Assembly: GCA_021802125.1 (NCBI GenBank)
Contig: JAKAAX010000007.1
Span: forward strand, 8,983-72,982
DNA: 64,000 bases
From: Thermoplasmata archaeon
GTDB taxonomy: Archaea > Thermoplasmatota > Thermoplasmata > Lutacidiplasmatales > UBA184
Direction of reading: 5' to 3'
Positions 35,181 to 44,304 of the stretch are shown here, piece by piece; positions within the stretch are counted from its first letter, which is position 1; every line of letters begins with the position of its first letter. Made by a program: the position numbers and the translations under genes. The notes under the pieces were generated by a model. That model saw nothing but the letters and a program-made list of their open reading frames with translations. It was not told where the DNA came from and searched no databases.

Positions 35181-37271
35181 TCACGCGGCGGGCGGTGGAG
35201 GTGGGGGAGGGGGAGGGGCAGAGGTCGGCGGAGGGGCCGACGCGGGGGTGGGTGCCGCCGGGGTCGAGCTCGGCGGTCGGCGGCCCTTGATCATACGGTA
35301 TCCCATGTAGCCCCCAACCCCGGCCACCGCCACGACCACGATCCCCGCCAACAGGTACGGCGGGGAGCTGCCTCCCGACCCGGAGCTCGAAGGCGGGGAG
35401 GGCTTCACGATGGTCACCGTGAAGGTGGTGTGCGAGATCCAACCGTACTGGCTCGCGTTCGCGTAGACCGTTACCGTTCCGGCCATCGCCAGGGCGGTCA
35501 GGTTCACCAAGGGCCCGCTGGTGACGTTGAGCGTGGCCAGGGAGGAGGGCCGGATCGCCCACTGGTAGACGACCCCGTTGCTGGGATAGAGGGCGGCCCC
35601 GGACATGTCCTGAGCGTGGGCGGTCAGGAGGGCGCTCTGATTGAAGTCGATCGTGGCCGACGGGGCCGCGGACACGCTCACGCTGTTGAGCGTGGAGTTC
35701 GTGCAAACCGCCTGGGCGGTGTAGAAGGTGGTCCACCCTGAGGCGCCGCCCCCGGGCTGGTTCTCGAACATCGCGTCCACGTACTGGCCCTGAGCGGAGA
35801 CCACGAGGAAGTTAGGGAGCTCGTTCGAGGCGTTCACCGGACCGATGGGCTGATAGTTCCAGGCATGGGTGGTGACGTTGTAGGTGGAGACGGCCGGCTG
35901 GGCCGTGCTCGCGGAGGGGTCGAAGAGCGCTTCGTCGCCGAAGGTGACGCCGCAGGGGCCGTAGGTAGCGCCGGTGGTGTCGTAAACCGCGCTTCCCGGG
36001 TTGATCTCGTTGAGCGTGGTGTTCTGCCAGCTCGAGGCCTTTCCCCAGACCGTCGTGAGGGCGCTAAAGCCGTTCGCCCCGCCGGTGATCCCGAGCGAGG
36101 AGGCGTTCTGAACGCCCAGGAAAGTGGTGCCGTCCCCGAGCATGAGCGCCGGGAGCCCGCCCCCGACGTTCGGGGTCGCCACGACGGATTCGAAGGTGGC
36201 TTCCAGGTCGGGGACGCCGCCCCCCACCGAGGAGGACCAGGTGGTGTTGCCGTTAGAGAGCACCGTCCCCGTGTACTGGGCGATGTCCACCTGGGGGAAC
36301 CCCCCAGGGGTCGTGTCGGCCCGGACGAACGCGAGGTCTACGCCCGAGGCTCCCGTGAGGATCTGAGGAAGATGGGCGTTCACCGCCGGCGCATTGGCGG
36401 GCTCGCCGCAGCAGATGTCGTTCGCGTCGGGGATCGAGACCTGCCAGGGGGCGGACGCCGTGCCCCCCGGGGTGGTCGGGAGGGCGGAGAGGGGGATGCC
36501 GACGACCCAGAGCACCGAGGCGGCCGCATTCAGGCTCCACAGGGGAGGGCCCCCCGAGAACGTGATGAGGAGGGTGGCGTTGTTCGCCACGGCGGCCGAG
36601 AGGCTAGCCGGGGAGACGCAACAGCCTCCCGGGTTGTGGAACCCCGGCGGCTCGGCGACCACGTTCACCCAGGGTCCGTTCAGGTTCCCGGTGGGGTCGT
36701 AGATGACCGAGACCCCGTTGGAAAGGTCGTTCCACAGGCTGTCGTCGCCCGTGGAGAGGTAAGCGATGAACGAGACGAGCTTGCCGTTCCAGGATCCCGT
36801 TGTCACCCAGCACCCCGGGCCTCCGTTGCTCGTGCCCGCGGTCAGGGGCGTTCCGATCTGCGTCGCGGTCCAGGGACCGCTCTGGTTCGTCAGGAGGTAG
36901 AGGTTCCCGCCGGCCCCGTTCGAGTAGTTCATGTAGCAGGTGTAGGCCGCGGTCCCCTGGGTCATCAGGTTCCCCACGGAGTCCCGGTATCCGTTGCTGA
37001 GCCCCAGCACGGCCTGAGGCGGAGAGATCCACCGTAGGTGGTACGGCGCAGGCGCAGCCGAGGGTGACAGAGGCATCCCCGAAACCTGGCTGGGGGCGAG
37101 CGTGGTCGGATGGCTGGGGGTGGAGACGGAGAGGCCGCCCGGAAGTGTGCGCGATCCGGCCACCACTAGCGTGAAGAGGACGAGGGCTAGGCCCAGTTGC
37201 AGAGCGAGAGACGTCCGAGGAGATGCGACGGGCGGAGGGAAAACTCGGGAGGCGGCGTTCCTCGGATCCAT
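35181..37271 (-). CDS. Cell-surface (S-layer-like) glycoprotein candidate. It has an N-terminal signal/anchor helix, a large beta-rich ectodomain with many N-x-S/T sequons, a C-terminal TM anchor and a poly-Pro tail.
   Basis: Track ORF, 696 aa. N-terminus: SLALQLGLALVLFTLVVAG. About 15 or more sequons (NYS, NQS, NAT, NTT, NAS, NVT, NST, NLT). C-terminus: YLLAGIVVVAVAGVGGYMGY-RMIKGRR-PPSSTPAAPTPASAPPPTSAPPPPPPPPPAA. Confidence 0.75.
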   Translation of the reverse strand: MDPRNAASRVFPPPVASPRTSLALQLGLALVLFTLVVAGSRTLPGGLSVSTPSHPTTLAPSQVSGMPLSPSAAPAPYHLRWISPPQAVLGLSNGYRDSVGNLMTQGTAAYTCYMNYSNGAGGNLYLLTNQSGPWTATQIGTPLTAGTSNGGPGCWVTTGSWNGKLVSFIAYLSTGDDSLWNDLSNGVSVIYDPTGNLNGPWVNVVAEPPGFHNPGGCCVSPASLSAAVANNATLLITFSGGPPLWSLNAAASVLWVVGIPLSALPTTPGGTASAPWQVSIPDANDICCGEPANAPAVNAHLPQILTGASGVDLAFVRADTTPGGFPQVDIAQYTGTVLSNGNTTWSSSVGGGVPDLEATFESVVATPNVGGGLPALMLGDGTTFLGVQNASSLGITGGANGFSALTTVWGKASSWQNTTLNEINPGSAVYDTTGATYGPCGVTFGDEALFDPSASTAQPAVSTYNVTTHAWNYQPIGPVNASNELPNFLVVSAQGQYVDAMFENQPGGGASGWTTFYTAQAVCTNSTLNSVSVSAAPSATIDFNQSALLTAHAQDMSGAALYPSNGVVYQWAIRPSSLATLNVTSGPLVNLTALAMAGTVTVYANASQYGWISHTTFTVTIVKPSPPSSSGSGGSSPPYLLAGIVVVAVAGVGGYMGYRMIKGRRPPSSTPAAPTPASAPPPTSAPPPPPPPPPAA

Positions 37272-37866
37272 GGTGTTGTTCTCCCGACGGTGGCCCCGAA
37301 CCGGACCCGAGAATCGGCCCTCCGGCGAACTCTTCAGGTGGTTGGTGCCCCGTCGTATCTGAACACAAATTGCGATAGCTTCTACATAAAAGACGCGGCG
37401 CTATTCACCCGCATTCGGAGTCTCCTGGCGCGGGTAAAGTGTGAACGTCGGTTGATGCCTGACGAGCCGGGTCAGGTGACCAGAACCCCTGTCATATACC
37501 TCCCGAGAGCGATCTGGTAGACGCGCGGCCTGGTCTTCCTCAAAAGGAGGTTCGAGACCATGTTGGCGAGCCCGCTCCCCAGTGGGACCAGCACCTCTTG
37601 CAGCGGTGGGCTGCCCCGTTCTTCACGAACCTTCGGGAACCATCCTAGAGGAGAACCTTCTCTAGGTCGTAGACGAGGTCGGCCTCTCGACGCAGGATCA
37701 CCCCCACGACGTCGTCCCGAGCCGGGATCTGCGCCTGGTCGATCAGTTGGTCAAGGTCGGTCCGCTCGCCGGTTTCGGTCTCAGGGATCTCCTCCTCCAG
37801 TGGGGTTTGGCGGCCCGTCAGGCCAGGCGGTCCCCTCACATCAACCCGCATTCACACAGGACTGCG

Positions 37867-38163
37867 TCAGGCCGACCACGGCAGCTTCCGCGGCCGCCGG
37901 GGATGGGCGCGCGGCCGCTTCCAGATTCGCGTGAACACGACCGCCGTCCCGACCACCCTGTAGAAGACGCGGTACTCTCCCAGGTGGAACCGAAGCTTCC
38001 CGGGATGCCGCGGGCCTTGCTGGACGCGCAGCCAGGGGTAGGACTTGTAGGGATTCCGGAGGAGATAGACGAGCTTCTCCTGGAAGAGGACTTGGAGACG
38101 GTGCGGGAGCTCTTGGAACTCCCGGTCGGCGCTCTCGAGGAACTCGACGTCGTACGGGGTCAC
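37867..38163 (-). CDS. RelE/ParE-family type II toxin.
   Basis: Track ORF 37867..38220, trimmed to the GTG at 38163, which overlaps the antitoxin stop (GTGA). VTPYDVEFLESADREFQELP...LLRNPY...LRFHLGEYRVFYRVVGTAVVFTRIWKR fits the RelE/ParE fold pattern. Confidence 0.75.
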   Translation of the reverse strand: MTPYDVEFLESADREFQELPHRLQVLFQEKLVYLLRNPYKSYPWLRVQQGPRHPGKLRFHLGEYRVFYRVVGTAVVFTRIWKRPRAHPRRPRKLPWSA

Positions 38164-38384
38164 ACGAGTCCTGCCTTGGCGAGGACCTTGGCGCCGGGGA
38201 CGCGCTTCTCGTGGGTCCACCGCCGCTCGATCTCAGCGTAGAAAGCGTGATCGAGGTAGGACTCCTCCAGGAGGTCCTGGATGACCTCGTCGAAGCTCTC
38301 GCCCGACCCCTTCACGGCCCCCAGCAGCCGGCGCGTGCGCTCGGTGACCGTGATCGTTGTCGGGCGTTCGAGGACGGCAGGCAC
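38160..38384 (-). CDS. Antitoxin, archaeal VapB-like/PF02697-type (small RHH-like).
   Basis: This is the C-terminal 74 codons of track ORF 38160..38741, from the in-frame GTG at 38384. TITVTERTRRLLGAVKGSGESFDEVIQDLLEE matches the T-I-x-V-x-x-x-x-Y/R-x-x-L...G-E-S-F-S/D-x-V-I pattern. The upstream 119 codons are P/A/S low-complexity with clearly lower third-position G/C. Confidence 0.65.
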   Translation of the reverse strand: MPAVLERPTTITVTERTRRLLGAVKGSGESFDEVIQDLLEESYLDHAFYAEIERRWTHEKRVPGAKVLAKAGLV

Positions 38385-38761
38385 GACAGGACAATTGTCG
38401 CCAATTGACAGAAGGGTTGTCGCGGACCGTGCCCCTCCCGGCCTGCGCGTTTGGGGAGGGCCCAGCCGCTCCCACGGCCCCAGAAGAGCCAACGGGGCCG
38501 CAGAGGGGCCGCAGGGTCGAGGCGAGGAGCGGGGGGCAGGCACCGCTACGAGGGAGGCCTCGTCCCCGGAGGGCGAAGCCCGAGGGGATGCGGCCGGAAC
38601 GGGAGGCTCAGGAGCCTTCGGTGGAGGCGCCGGAAGGGCACTCGCGGGAGTGAAGCCAGTCGAGCGAACGTCCCCACCGTTCGACGGAGCGGAGTTGGCG
38701 ACCGAGACGTTGTCCCCTTTCCCCTTGTGAACCCACGTCAAGCATACGCATTAATTCATGA

Positions 38762-38834
38762 TGGGCCCGGTCGGACTCGAACCGACGACCAACCGGTTAT
38801 GAGCCGGACGCTCTAGCCACTAAGCTACGGGCCC
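38762..38834 (-). tRNA. tRNA with CAT anticodon (elongator Met, or Ile2 if C34 is modified).
   Basis: The reverse complement is GGGCCCGTAGCTTAGTGGCTAGAGCGTCCGGCTCATAACCGGTTGGTCGTCGGTTCGAGTCCGACCGGGCCCA. It has a 7-bp acceptor stem, the T-arm GTCGG-TTCGAGT-CCGAC and the anticodon loop CTCATAA. No CCA is encoded. Confidence 0.9.
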
Positions 38835-38898
38835 TGCGACGCCGGAGGAGGGCCCATCCATTTCAATGCGTGGTACGCTCGCGAACGTGAGCCCCCGC

Positions 38899-39393
38899 TC
38901 AGCGGTGCAGGGCCAGGCGCTCCCGGCCCTGCGCCGTCTCTTCCCCGACGGCTACAGGCTCTTCGACCTGTGGCCTTGGGCGGAAACCCCGGGAGACCGC
39001 CAGTTGGACCAGGTCCGCGTGGTCCTTGCCCAGGCCCTCCCACTCGGGGTAGGCCTCCAGTCGCGCGAGCTTCGGTCTCCCATCCCGGACGGAGAAGAGG
39101 AGGGCGTGCACGGCGAAGTGAGGGGTGCCTTCCAGCCGATAGAGCGTCCTGACCACGTACAGCGAGGGCTGGGAACGGATGTTCCAGATGGCCCGGGTCC
39201 CTTCCGTGCGGCTCTCCGCGAGCTTCTCCCCCGTGCACTCGAGCTCATGGAACGCCGAGCCGTCGGAGGAGAACGGACCGATCGCGAGTCGGAGCGAGGT
39301 CTTGGGCCGGGCGCTCGGGGAACCGGGCTTGGGTCGGTCGGAGGGGCTGGTCATGAGCTCACCCGTTCCCCCGACCGGAGCGAGCAGCATCAA
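38899..39393 (-). CDS. Hypothetical protein.
   Basis: Track ORF, 164 aa. Third-position G/C is very high and the composition is protein-like (YVVRTLYRLEGTPHFAVHALLFSVRDGRPKLARLEAYPEWEGLGKDHADLV). The start may be the ATG at 39354 (MTSPSD). No family recognised. Confidence 0.55.
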   Translation of the reverse strand: MMLLAPVGGTGELMTSPSDRPKPGSPSARPKTSLRLAIGPFSSDGSAFHELECTGEKLAESRTEGTRAIWNIRSQPSLYVVRTLYRLEGTPHFAVHALLFSVRDGRPKLARLEAYPEWEGLGKDHADLVQLAVSRGFRPRPQVEEPVAVGEETAQGRERLALHR

Positions 39394-39406
39394 GGCCTAG
39401 AAGGTA

Positions 39407-39428
39407 GTCTATATAGCCCACTATAGAC
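39407..39428. promoter_or_regulatory. Inverted repeat GTCTATA-N8-TATAGAC (CTATAG-type element).
   Basis: It lies between the phoU stop (39448) and the start of the 38899..39393 gene. The same core is seen at 45589-45600, 45839-45848 and 12783-12791. Confidence 0.4.
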
Positions 39429-39447
39429 GGTGGGAGGTCCCGAGGAG

Positions 39448-40158
39448 CTAGGGGGCTCGACCCTCCGACTCCTTGACCGGGGTGGGCCCTCGATGGGGGC
39501 TCTCCCCGGTGACCATGTAGATCACCCGCTTCCCGATGTTGACGGCGTGGTCGGCGATCCTTTCCAGGTAGCGGTTGACCAGGAGAAGGTGGGCCCCCAC
39601 CTCGGGCTCGAGCGAACGCTCCTTCATGCCGAGGACGAGCGCCTGGAAGACCTCGTCGTGGAGGTCGTCCACCGAGTCGTCGAACCGGGACATGTCCTTG
39701 ACCGACTCCGCGTCGCGCGTCATGAACGCGCGGATCGCCGTGTCCACCATGTGGATCGTCAGGTCTCCCATCCGTACGAGCTGGCTCATCTGAGGTGGGT
39801 TTCCGCCGTGGAGCTTTCGAAGCTCGACCTCCGCCTCGGTGATGTCCCGGGCGTAGCGCCCGATCCGGTCGAGGTCCGTCGTGATCTCCAGGCAGGTGGT
39901 GATCGTCCGAAGGTCGCGCGCGACCGGGGCGTGGAGCGCGATCAGGTCCACGCAGGTCTTCTCCACGATGACCTGGAGCGCGTAGATCTCCTTGTCGAGG
40001 GTGGCGACCTCCTCGGCTTCCGCGACCTCGGCCCGCTGCATCCCGTCCATCGCCTTTCGGATGGCCAGTTCGGAGAGGTCCGCCAGCGTGCGGACATCCT
40101 CGTTCAGCCGGTCGAGCCCCTGTCCCAGGGCCTTGCGGCCTCCTTCCACGCCTCTCAT
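39448..40158 (-). CDS. phoU: Phosphate transport system regulator PhoU.
   Basis: Lower part of track ORF 39448..41040, from the ATG at 40158 (ATGA overlap with the pstB stop). It has two PhoU repeats with [12 protein letters not shown] and [13 protein letters not shown]. Confidence 0.9.
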   Translation of the reverse strand: MRGVEGGRKALGQGLDRLNEDVRTLADLSELAIRKAMDGMQRAEVAEAEEVATLDKEIYALQVIVEKTCVDLIALHAPVARDLRTITTCLEITTDLDRIGRYARDITEAEVELRKLHGGNPPQMSQLVRMGDLTIHMVDTAIRAFMTRDAESVKDMSRFDDSVDDLHDEVFQALVLGMKERSLEPEVGAHLLLVNRYLERIADHAVNIGKRVIYMVTGESPHRGPTPVKESEGRAP

Positions 40159-41102
40159 CCGAACCTCCCCGTGATGTAGTTCTCCGTGAGCTTCTCCTTC
40201 GGCTGCTCGAAGACCCGCTTCGTCGTGTCGAACTCGACCAGCCGACCTTGGTACATGAACGCCGTAAGGTCCGCGACCCGCGCTGCTTGCTGCATGTTGT
40301 GCGTGACGATGACGACCGTGTAGTCGCTCTTCAGTTCGAAGATGAGGTCCTCGACCCGCTGGGTCGCGACCGGGTCCAGGCTCGACGTGGGTTCGTCCAT
40401 GAGCAGCACGCGCGGGCTCACGGCGAGGGCGCGGGCGATGCACAGACGCTGCTGCTGTCCGCCAGACAGCGTGAGGGCTGGTCGGTCGAGCGCCTCCTTC
40501 ACCTCGTCCCAGAGCCCCGTTCTTCGGAGGGAGGAGACCACCGCCTTCTCGACGGTGTCCTCCGACTCGCCGTCCAGCCTCAGCCCGAACGCCACGTTCT
40601 CGAAGACCGAGGTGGGGAAGACCGTCGGGCGCTGGAAGACCATCCCGATCCTTCGGCGGACGAGCACGGGATTGACCTGGGCGCCGTAGATGTCCTGCCC
40701 CAGGTAGCGGACCGTCCCCTTGACCTGCAGGTGGTGAAGCTCCACCATCCGGTTCATGGACCGAAGGAGCGTCGTCTTGCCGCAGCCCGACGGCCCGATG
40801 ATCGCGGTGACCTTGCCGACGGGGATGTGCAGGCTCACGTCGCTGATGAGCGGCTTGTTCCGGGCCAGGACCGATAGCCGATCGATGGCGAGGATGATCT
40901 CCCCGCGGTCCTCGGAGGCTGCGGCGATGGGGGAAGTGGCCGCCCGAGGGGAGCCGGCCGAGAGGGGGGTCCCGCAGCGTCCGCACTTGAGCGGAGCCTC
41001 CGTCCCGGCGGCCGCAACGGGAGCCCCACACTTCGGGCACACGAGCGGGGACGATCCGGCGCTGGACCCACGGGGCACGAGGTTGTCGTTCCTTTCGTTC
41101 AT
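40155..41102 (-). CDS. pstB: Phosphate ABC transporter ATP-binding protein PstB with an about 65-aa N-terminal zinc-ribbon extension.
   Basis: Lower part of track ORF 40155..42005, from the ATG at 41102 (ATGA overlap with the pstA stop). Motifs: [44 protein letters not shown]. The N-terminus is [47 protein letters not shown]. Confidence 0.9.
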   Translation of the reverse strand: MNERNDNLVPRGSSAGSSPLVCPKCGAPVAAAGTEAPLKCGRCGTPLSAGSPRAATSPIAAASEDRGEIILAIDRLSVLARNKPLISDVSLHIPVGKVTAIIGPSGCGKTTLLRSMNRMVELHHLQVKGTVRYLGQDIYGAQVNPVLVRRRIGMVFQRPTVFPTSVFENVAFGLRLDGESEDTVEKAVVSSLRRTGLWDEVKEALDRPALTLSGGQQQRLCIARALAVSPRVLLMDEPTSSLDPVATQRVEDLIFELKSDYTVVIVTHNMQQAARVADLTAFMYQGRLVEFDTTKRVFEQPKEKLTENYITGRFG

Positions 41103-41998
41103 TCGTAGAGCCCCGCGAGGCGTCGTCGGTATCGGTCGGAGAGCACCTGGACCACGATATTGATGGCGAGCACGATCACGATGAGCAGGAACGCGGCCTG
41201 GAAGGCCAGCGCGAGGAAGGACCCGAAGGAGCGCGGGAAGTCGTAGAACGCCCAGATGCCTCCGGTGAGGAAGGAGGTCGGCTGCATCAGGCTCTGGACC
41301 GGGGTCGAGCTCCACCCGGCGGTGTAGACGAGAGGCGCGGCCTCTCCAAGTCCCAGGGCCATCGCAAAGAACACCCCGGTGAAGATGGTCGGGAACGCGA
41401 TCGGGAAGGCGACCCGGCGAAGGTACTGGAGGCGGCTGGACCCCAGCGCCAGGGAGGCCTCCCGTTGGCTCGGAGGAACGTTCGACAGCGCGATGTCGGT
41501 GGTTCGGAAGATGTACGGGAGCATGAACACGCCCAGGATGATCCCTCCGGCGAGGGTCGTGAACCCCCAGTGGGTGTAGAGGACGAGGGCGTAGTACCCG
41601 AAGTATCCCAGGACGATCGCCGGGATGCCCGCGAGCACGTTGCCGGCAAGCCGGGCGATCCGCTTGACGGCCGGCGGGGCGAACTCCGCGGTGTAGAAGC
41701 CCGCCGAGATCCCGAGGGCGCCGGCGATCCCCGTGCCCAGGGTGATGAGGACGAGCGTCCCCCAGATCATGGCGTAGAGACCTCCGCCCGTGCCCACCTG
41801 GTTCTGGGTGAGCGTGGCCCATGACATGGTGGGGAGGGCGTAGCTCGCGACCCACCCGATGAGGTCGAAGAGAGGGAAGAACACGGCCGCGAAGGCGAGC
41901 AGGAGCACCCAGCCGATGACCCGGTCGAAGAGGATCCTTCGCCGCATGCGTCCGGAGGTGTGGGTGAGCTCGTCCCCCAGCCCCGTCGTCACCTTCAT
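41099..41998 (-). CDS. pstA: Phosphate ABC transporter permease PstA.
   Basis: Lower part of track ORF 41099..43168, from the ATG at 41998 (ATGA overlap with the pstC stop). [10 protein letters not shown]..., 6 TM segments, EAA-like loop [21 protein letters not shown]. Confidence 0.85.
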   Translation of the reverse strand: MKVTTGLGDELTHTSGRMRRRILFDRVIGWVLLLAFAAVFFPLFDLIGWVASYALPTMSWATLTQNQVGTGGGLYAMIWGTLVLITLGTGIAGALGISAGFYTAEFAPPAVKRIARLAGNVLAGIPAIVLGYFGYYALVLYTHWGFTTLAGGIILGVFMLPYIFRTTDIALSNVPPSQREASLALGSSRLQYLRRVAFPIAFPTIFTGVFFAMALGLGEAAPLVYTAGWSSTPVQSLMQPTSFLTGGIWAFYDFPRSFGSFLALAFQAAFLLIVIVLAINIVVQVLSDRYRRRLAGLYE

Positions 41999-43053
41999 TC
42001 TCCACCCCCCAGCGTTGTCGCGGTCGCGAGCTCGACCCGCGTGAAGCGCTGCGCGACGAGGTTCACCACCACGGCGACCACTAGGAGGACAAGGGAGAAC
42101 TCGACGAGCAGGACGAAGAGGTTCGGATAGATGAGGGCGCTGTCCAGCTGGGAGAAGATGAAGGAGGCGACCGTCGTGGTCGAGGCGTACAAGTTCGGCG
42201 GTAGCGCGATCGAGGTCCCCCCGATCACCATGGCCACCGCGACGCTCTCGCCGAGAGCTCGACCGAAGCCGAGGAGGACGGCGCTCCACAGGCCGTTGCG
42301 CGCGACCGGAAGACGGACCCGACGGACCACCTCCCATCGCGTCGCCCCGACGGCCAACCCGGCCTCGACAAGGTCTCTCGGAACGCTTCGCAGCGCCTCG
42401 CGCATGAGCGCCGTCGTGAGCGGGATGATCATGATGGTCAGGACGAAGACCGCGAGCAGGGTTCCCCACGGCCCGATGTCCGATGCCGGGCCCCCAAAGC
42501 CCGGAAGCCAGCCCAGGACGTCCCGAAGCGAGGGCTCCAGCGTGAGTCCGAAGTAGGGAGCGAGGACGACGAACCCCCAGATCCCGTAGACCACGCTCGG
42601 GATGCCCGCGAGCAGGTTCGTGACCATGGAGAGCAGCCGGCCGGGGAGAGGAGGAAGGTAGACCACCGAGGAGATCGCCAACGCGAGGCTCAGCGCGGTC
42701 GCCAGGACCAGCGAGAGGGAGGCGGTGAGGAACGTCCCCACCAAGAAGACGCCGATCCCCCAGCTCGATGCGTCCGGCTCGCCCGGAACGAACCTGTACT
42801 GGAAGCCCCAGAAGGTGAGCCCGAAGTCCTTGAGCCCGCTCGCGATGAGCAGCACCGCTACGACCGCCCCTAGGATGAGCAGGGGGATCAGGGCGACCGG
42901 GCTCCCGAGCCACGCCCCCAACGTCGAGGACCGCGCTTCGTCGGTGGAGAGGCGGGCTTGGGAGGCCGGGGGGGGCGGGGGTTCCCCCGCCCCCGGGGGA
43001 AGTGGTTGGGTTTCGGCCGCGTTCAATCTTGGGTCCCGGGTCCTTTGCGTCAC
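41995..43053 (-). CDS. pstC: Phosphate ABC transporter permease PstC.
   Basis: Track ORF, 352 aa. The GTG start directly abuts the pstS stop. EAA-like loop: [22 protein letters not shown]. Confidence 0.85.
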   Translation of the reverse strand: MTQRTRDPRLNAAETQPLPPGAGEPPPPPASQARLSTDEARSSTLGAWLGSPVALIPLLILGAVVAVLLIASGLKDFGLTFWGFQYRFVPGEPDASSWGIGVFLVGTFLTASLSLVLATALSLALAISSVVYLPPLPGRLLSMVTNLLAGIPSVVYGIWGFVVLAPYFGLTLEPSLRDVLGWLPGFGGPASDIGPWGTLLAVFVLTIMIIPLTTALMREALRSVPRDLVEAGLAVGATRWEVVRRVRLPVARNGLWSAVLLGFGRALGESVAVAMVIGGTSIALPPNLYASTTTVASFIFSQLDSALIYPNLFVLLVEFSLVLLVVAVVVNLVAQRFTRVELATATTLGGGE

Positions 43054-44304
43054 CTAGTTGCTGATCGGCACCGCGTTGAGGGCCTGCATGTCGTATCCGA
43101 TGACGGCCGCCGTCAGGGGCAGGAACGACACCTGGGGTGCGTAGGTCCCTCCGTAGGCCAGCGACCACTCGAGGAAGGTCAGCACGGCCTTCATGTGGGA
43201 CTGGCTCGCCGGGGAGGAGGAGATCAGCAGATACTCCAGGTTCGTGTCGGGATACGGCGACGGGAAGGCCGAGCTCGCGAGCGTGCCCCCCGCTCCAAGG
43301 ACGAGGTTCGTCGCGCCGGGAACCCCGCCGAGGATGAGGCTCACTGCGACGCTGGGCGGCTGCAGGTTCTGCAGGCCGAGGTTCGCGTCCTGGCTGATGG
43401 TGTAGGCCGAGGGCAGGATGTAGTTCTGCTGGCCCGCGCCTCCCGAGCTCACGACACCGTTCACGTTCGCGTTCTGGTCACCGACCGCCGCATAAGCAAG
43501 CCCTGCCGTCGAGTTGACCTGCTTGAGGTAGCTGATGCCGATGTACGCGATCCCGTACTGGGTGCTGCCGAGCAGCGTGACCATCCCGGAGTTGCCCGTA
43601 GCCGAGGGCCCGACCGGCCAGGTGATGGTCGTGCCGTACTTCTGCGCCCAGCCGCTCCAGGACATGTAGCAGAGCGAGCTGAACATGAACGTGTCCCCGC
43701 TGCCGTCCTGCCGGTGGATGGGCACGATGGTGTTGCCGGGGAGCGACACGCCCGGGTTGGCCGCCTGGATGAGGGGGTCGTTCCACTTCGTGATCGCGCC
43801 CTGGTAGATCATCGACAGGATCGTCCCGTTGAGGTTCAGATGGGAGCTGATCCCCGGGATGTTGTAGACGATGAGCTGCGCTGAGATCGCGATCGGGAAG
43901 TTGATGAGGTTGTGCCCGGAGGCCGTGCTGGGGGTCAGGTAGGCATCCGTGCCGCCCATGTCGACCGTCCCGGCTTCTGCCGAGCTGATCCCCGTGCCGC
44001 TACCGGTACTGGCGGGCGAGAGCGCGATGTTCGGGTAGACCGCGCTGAACGCCGGAGAGAGCACCTGCAGGTACGGGTAGATCAGGGACGACCCGGTCTC
44101 CGAGATGGTGGTGGTCGACGTCGAGCTGTTCCCCGAGGAGCCGGAAAGGGCGTACTTGGTGACCGCGTAGCCCGTTCCAATCCCCACGAGGAGGAGCACG
44201 ACCCCAAGTCCGAGGGCCGCGCCCTTGGACATGGTGGAGCTCTTCCTCCGGATGGCTCCTCCGGAGAGGTTGTCGTTCGGTCCTGTCGAATGGCTGTTGG
44301 TCAT
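43054..44304 (-). CDS. pstS: Phosphate-binding protein PstS (membrane-anchored).
   Basis: Lower part of track ORF 43054..44541, from the ATG at 44304, preceded by gaaaggaggaaa (strong SD). It has an N-terminal TM/anchor helix AALGLGVVLLLVGIGTGYAV, an S/T linker and PBP motifs (GSGTGISS, DGSGDTFMF). Confidence 0.85.
   Translation of the reverse strand: MTNSHSTGPNDNLSGGAIRRKSSTMSKGAALGLGVVLLLVGIGTGYAVTKYALSGSSGNSSTSTTTISETGSSLIYPYLQVLSPAFSAVYPNIALSPASTGSGTGISSAEAGTVDMGGTDAYLTPSTASGHNLINFPIAISAQLIVYNIPGISSHLNLNGTILSMIYQGAITKWNDPLIQAANPGVSLPGNTIVPIHRQDGSGDTFMFSSLCYMSWSGWAQKYGTTITWPVGPSATGNSGMVTLLGSTQYGIAYIGISYLKQVNSTAGLAYAAVGDQNANVNGVVSSGGAGQQNYILPSAYTISQDANLGLQNLQPPSVAVSLILGGVPGATNLVLGAGGTLASSAFPSPYPDTNLEYLLISSSPASQSHMKAVLTFLEWSLAYGGTYAPQVSFLPLTAAVIGYDMQALNAVPISN

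Noticed and set aside
38385-38741. A 119-codon N-terminal extension of the antitoxin ORF reaching almost to tRNA-Met.
   Set aside because: The sequence is P/A/S low-complexity and many of its codons end in T, unlike the C-terminal 74 codons and the core genes. An in-frame GTG at 38384 gives a normal-sized antitoxin.
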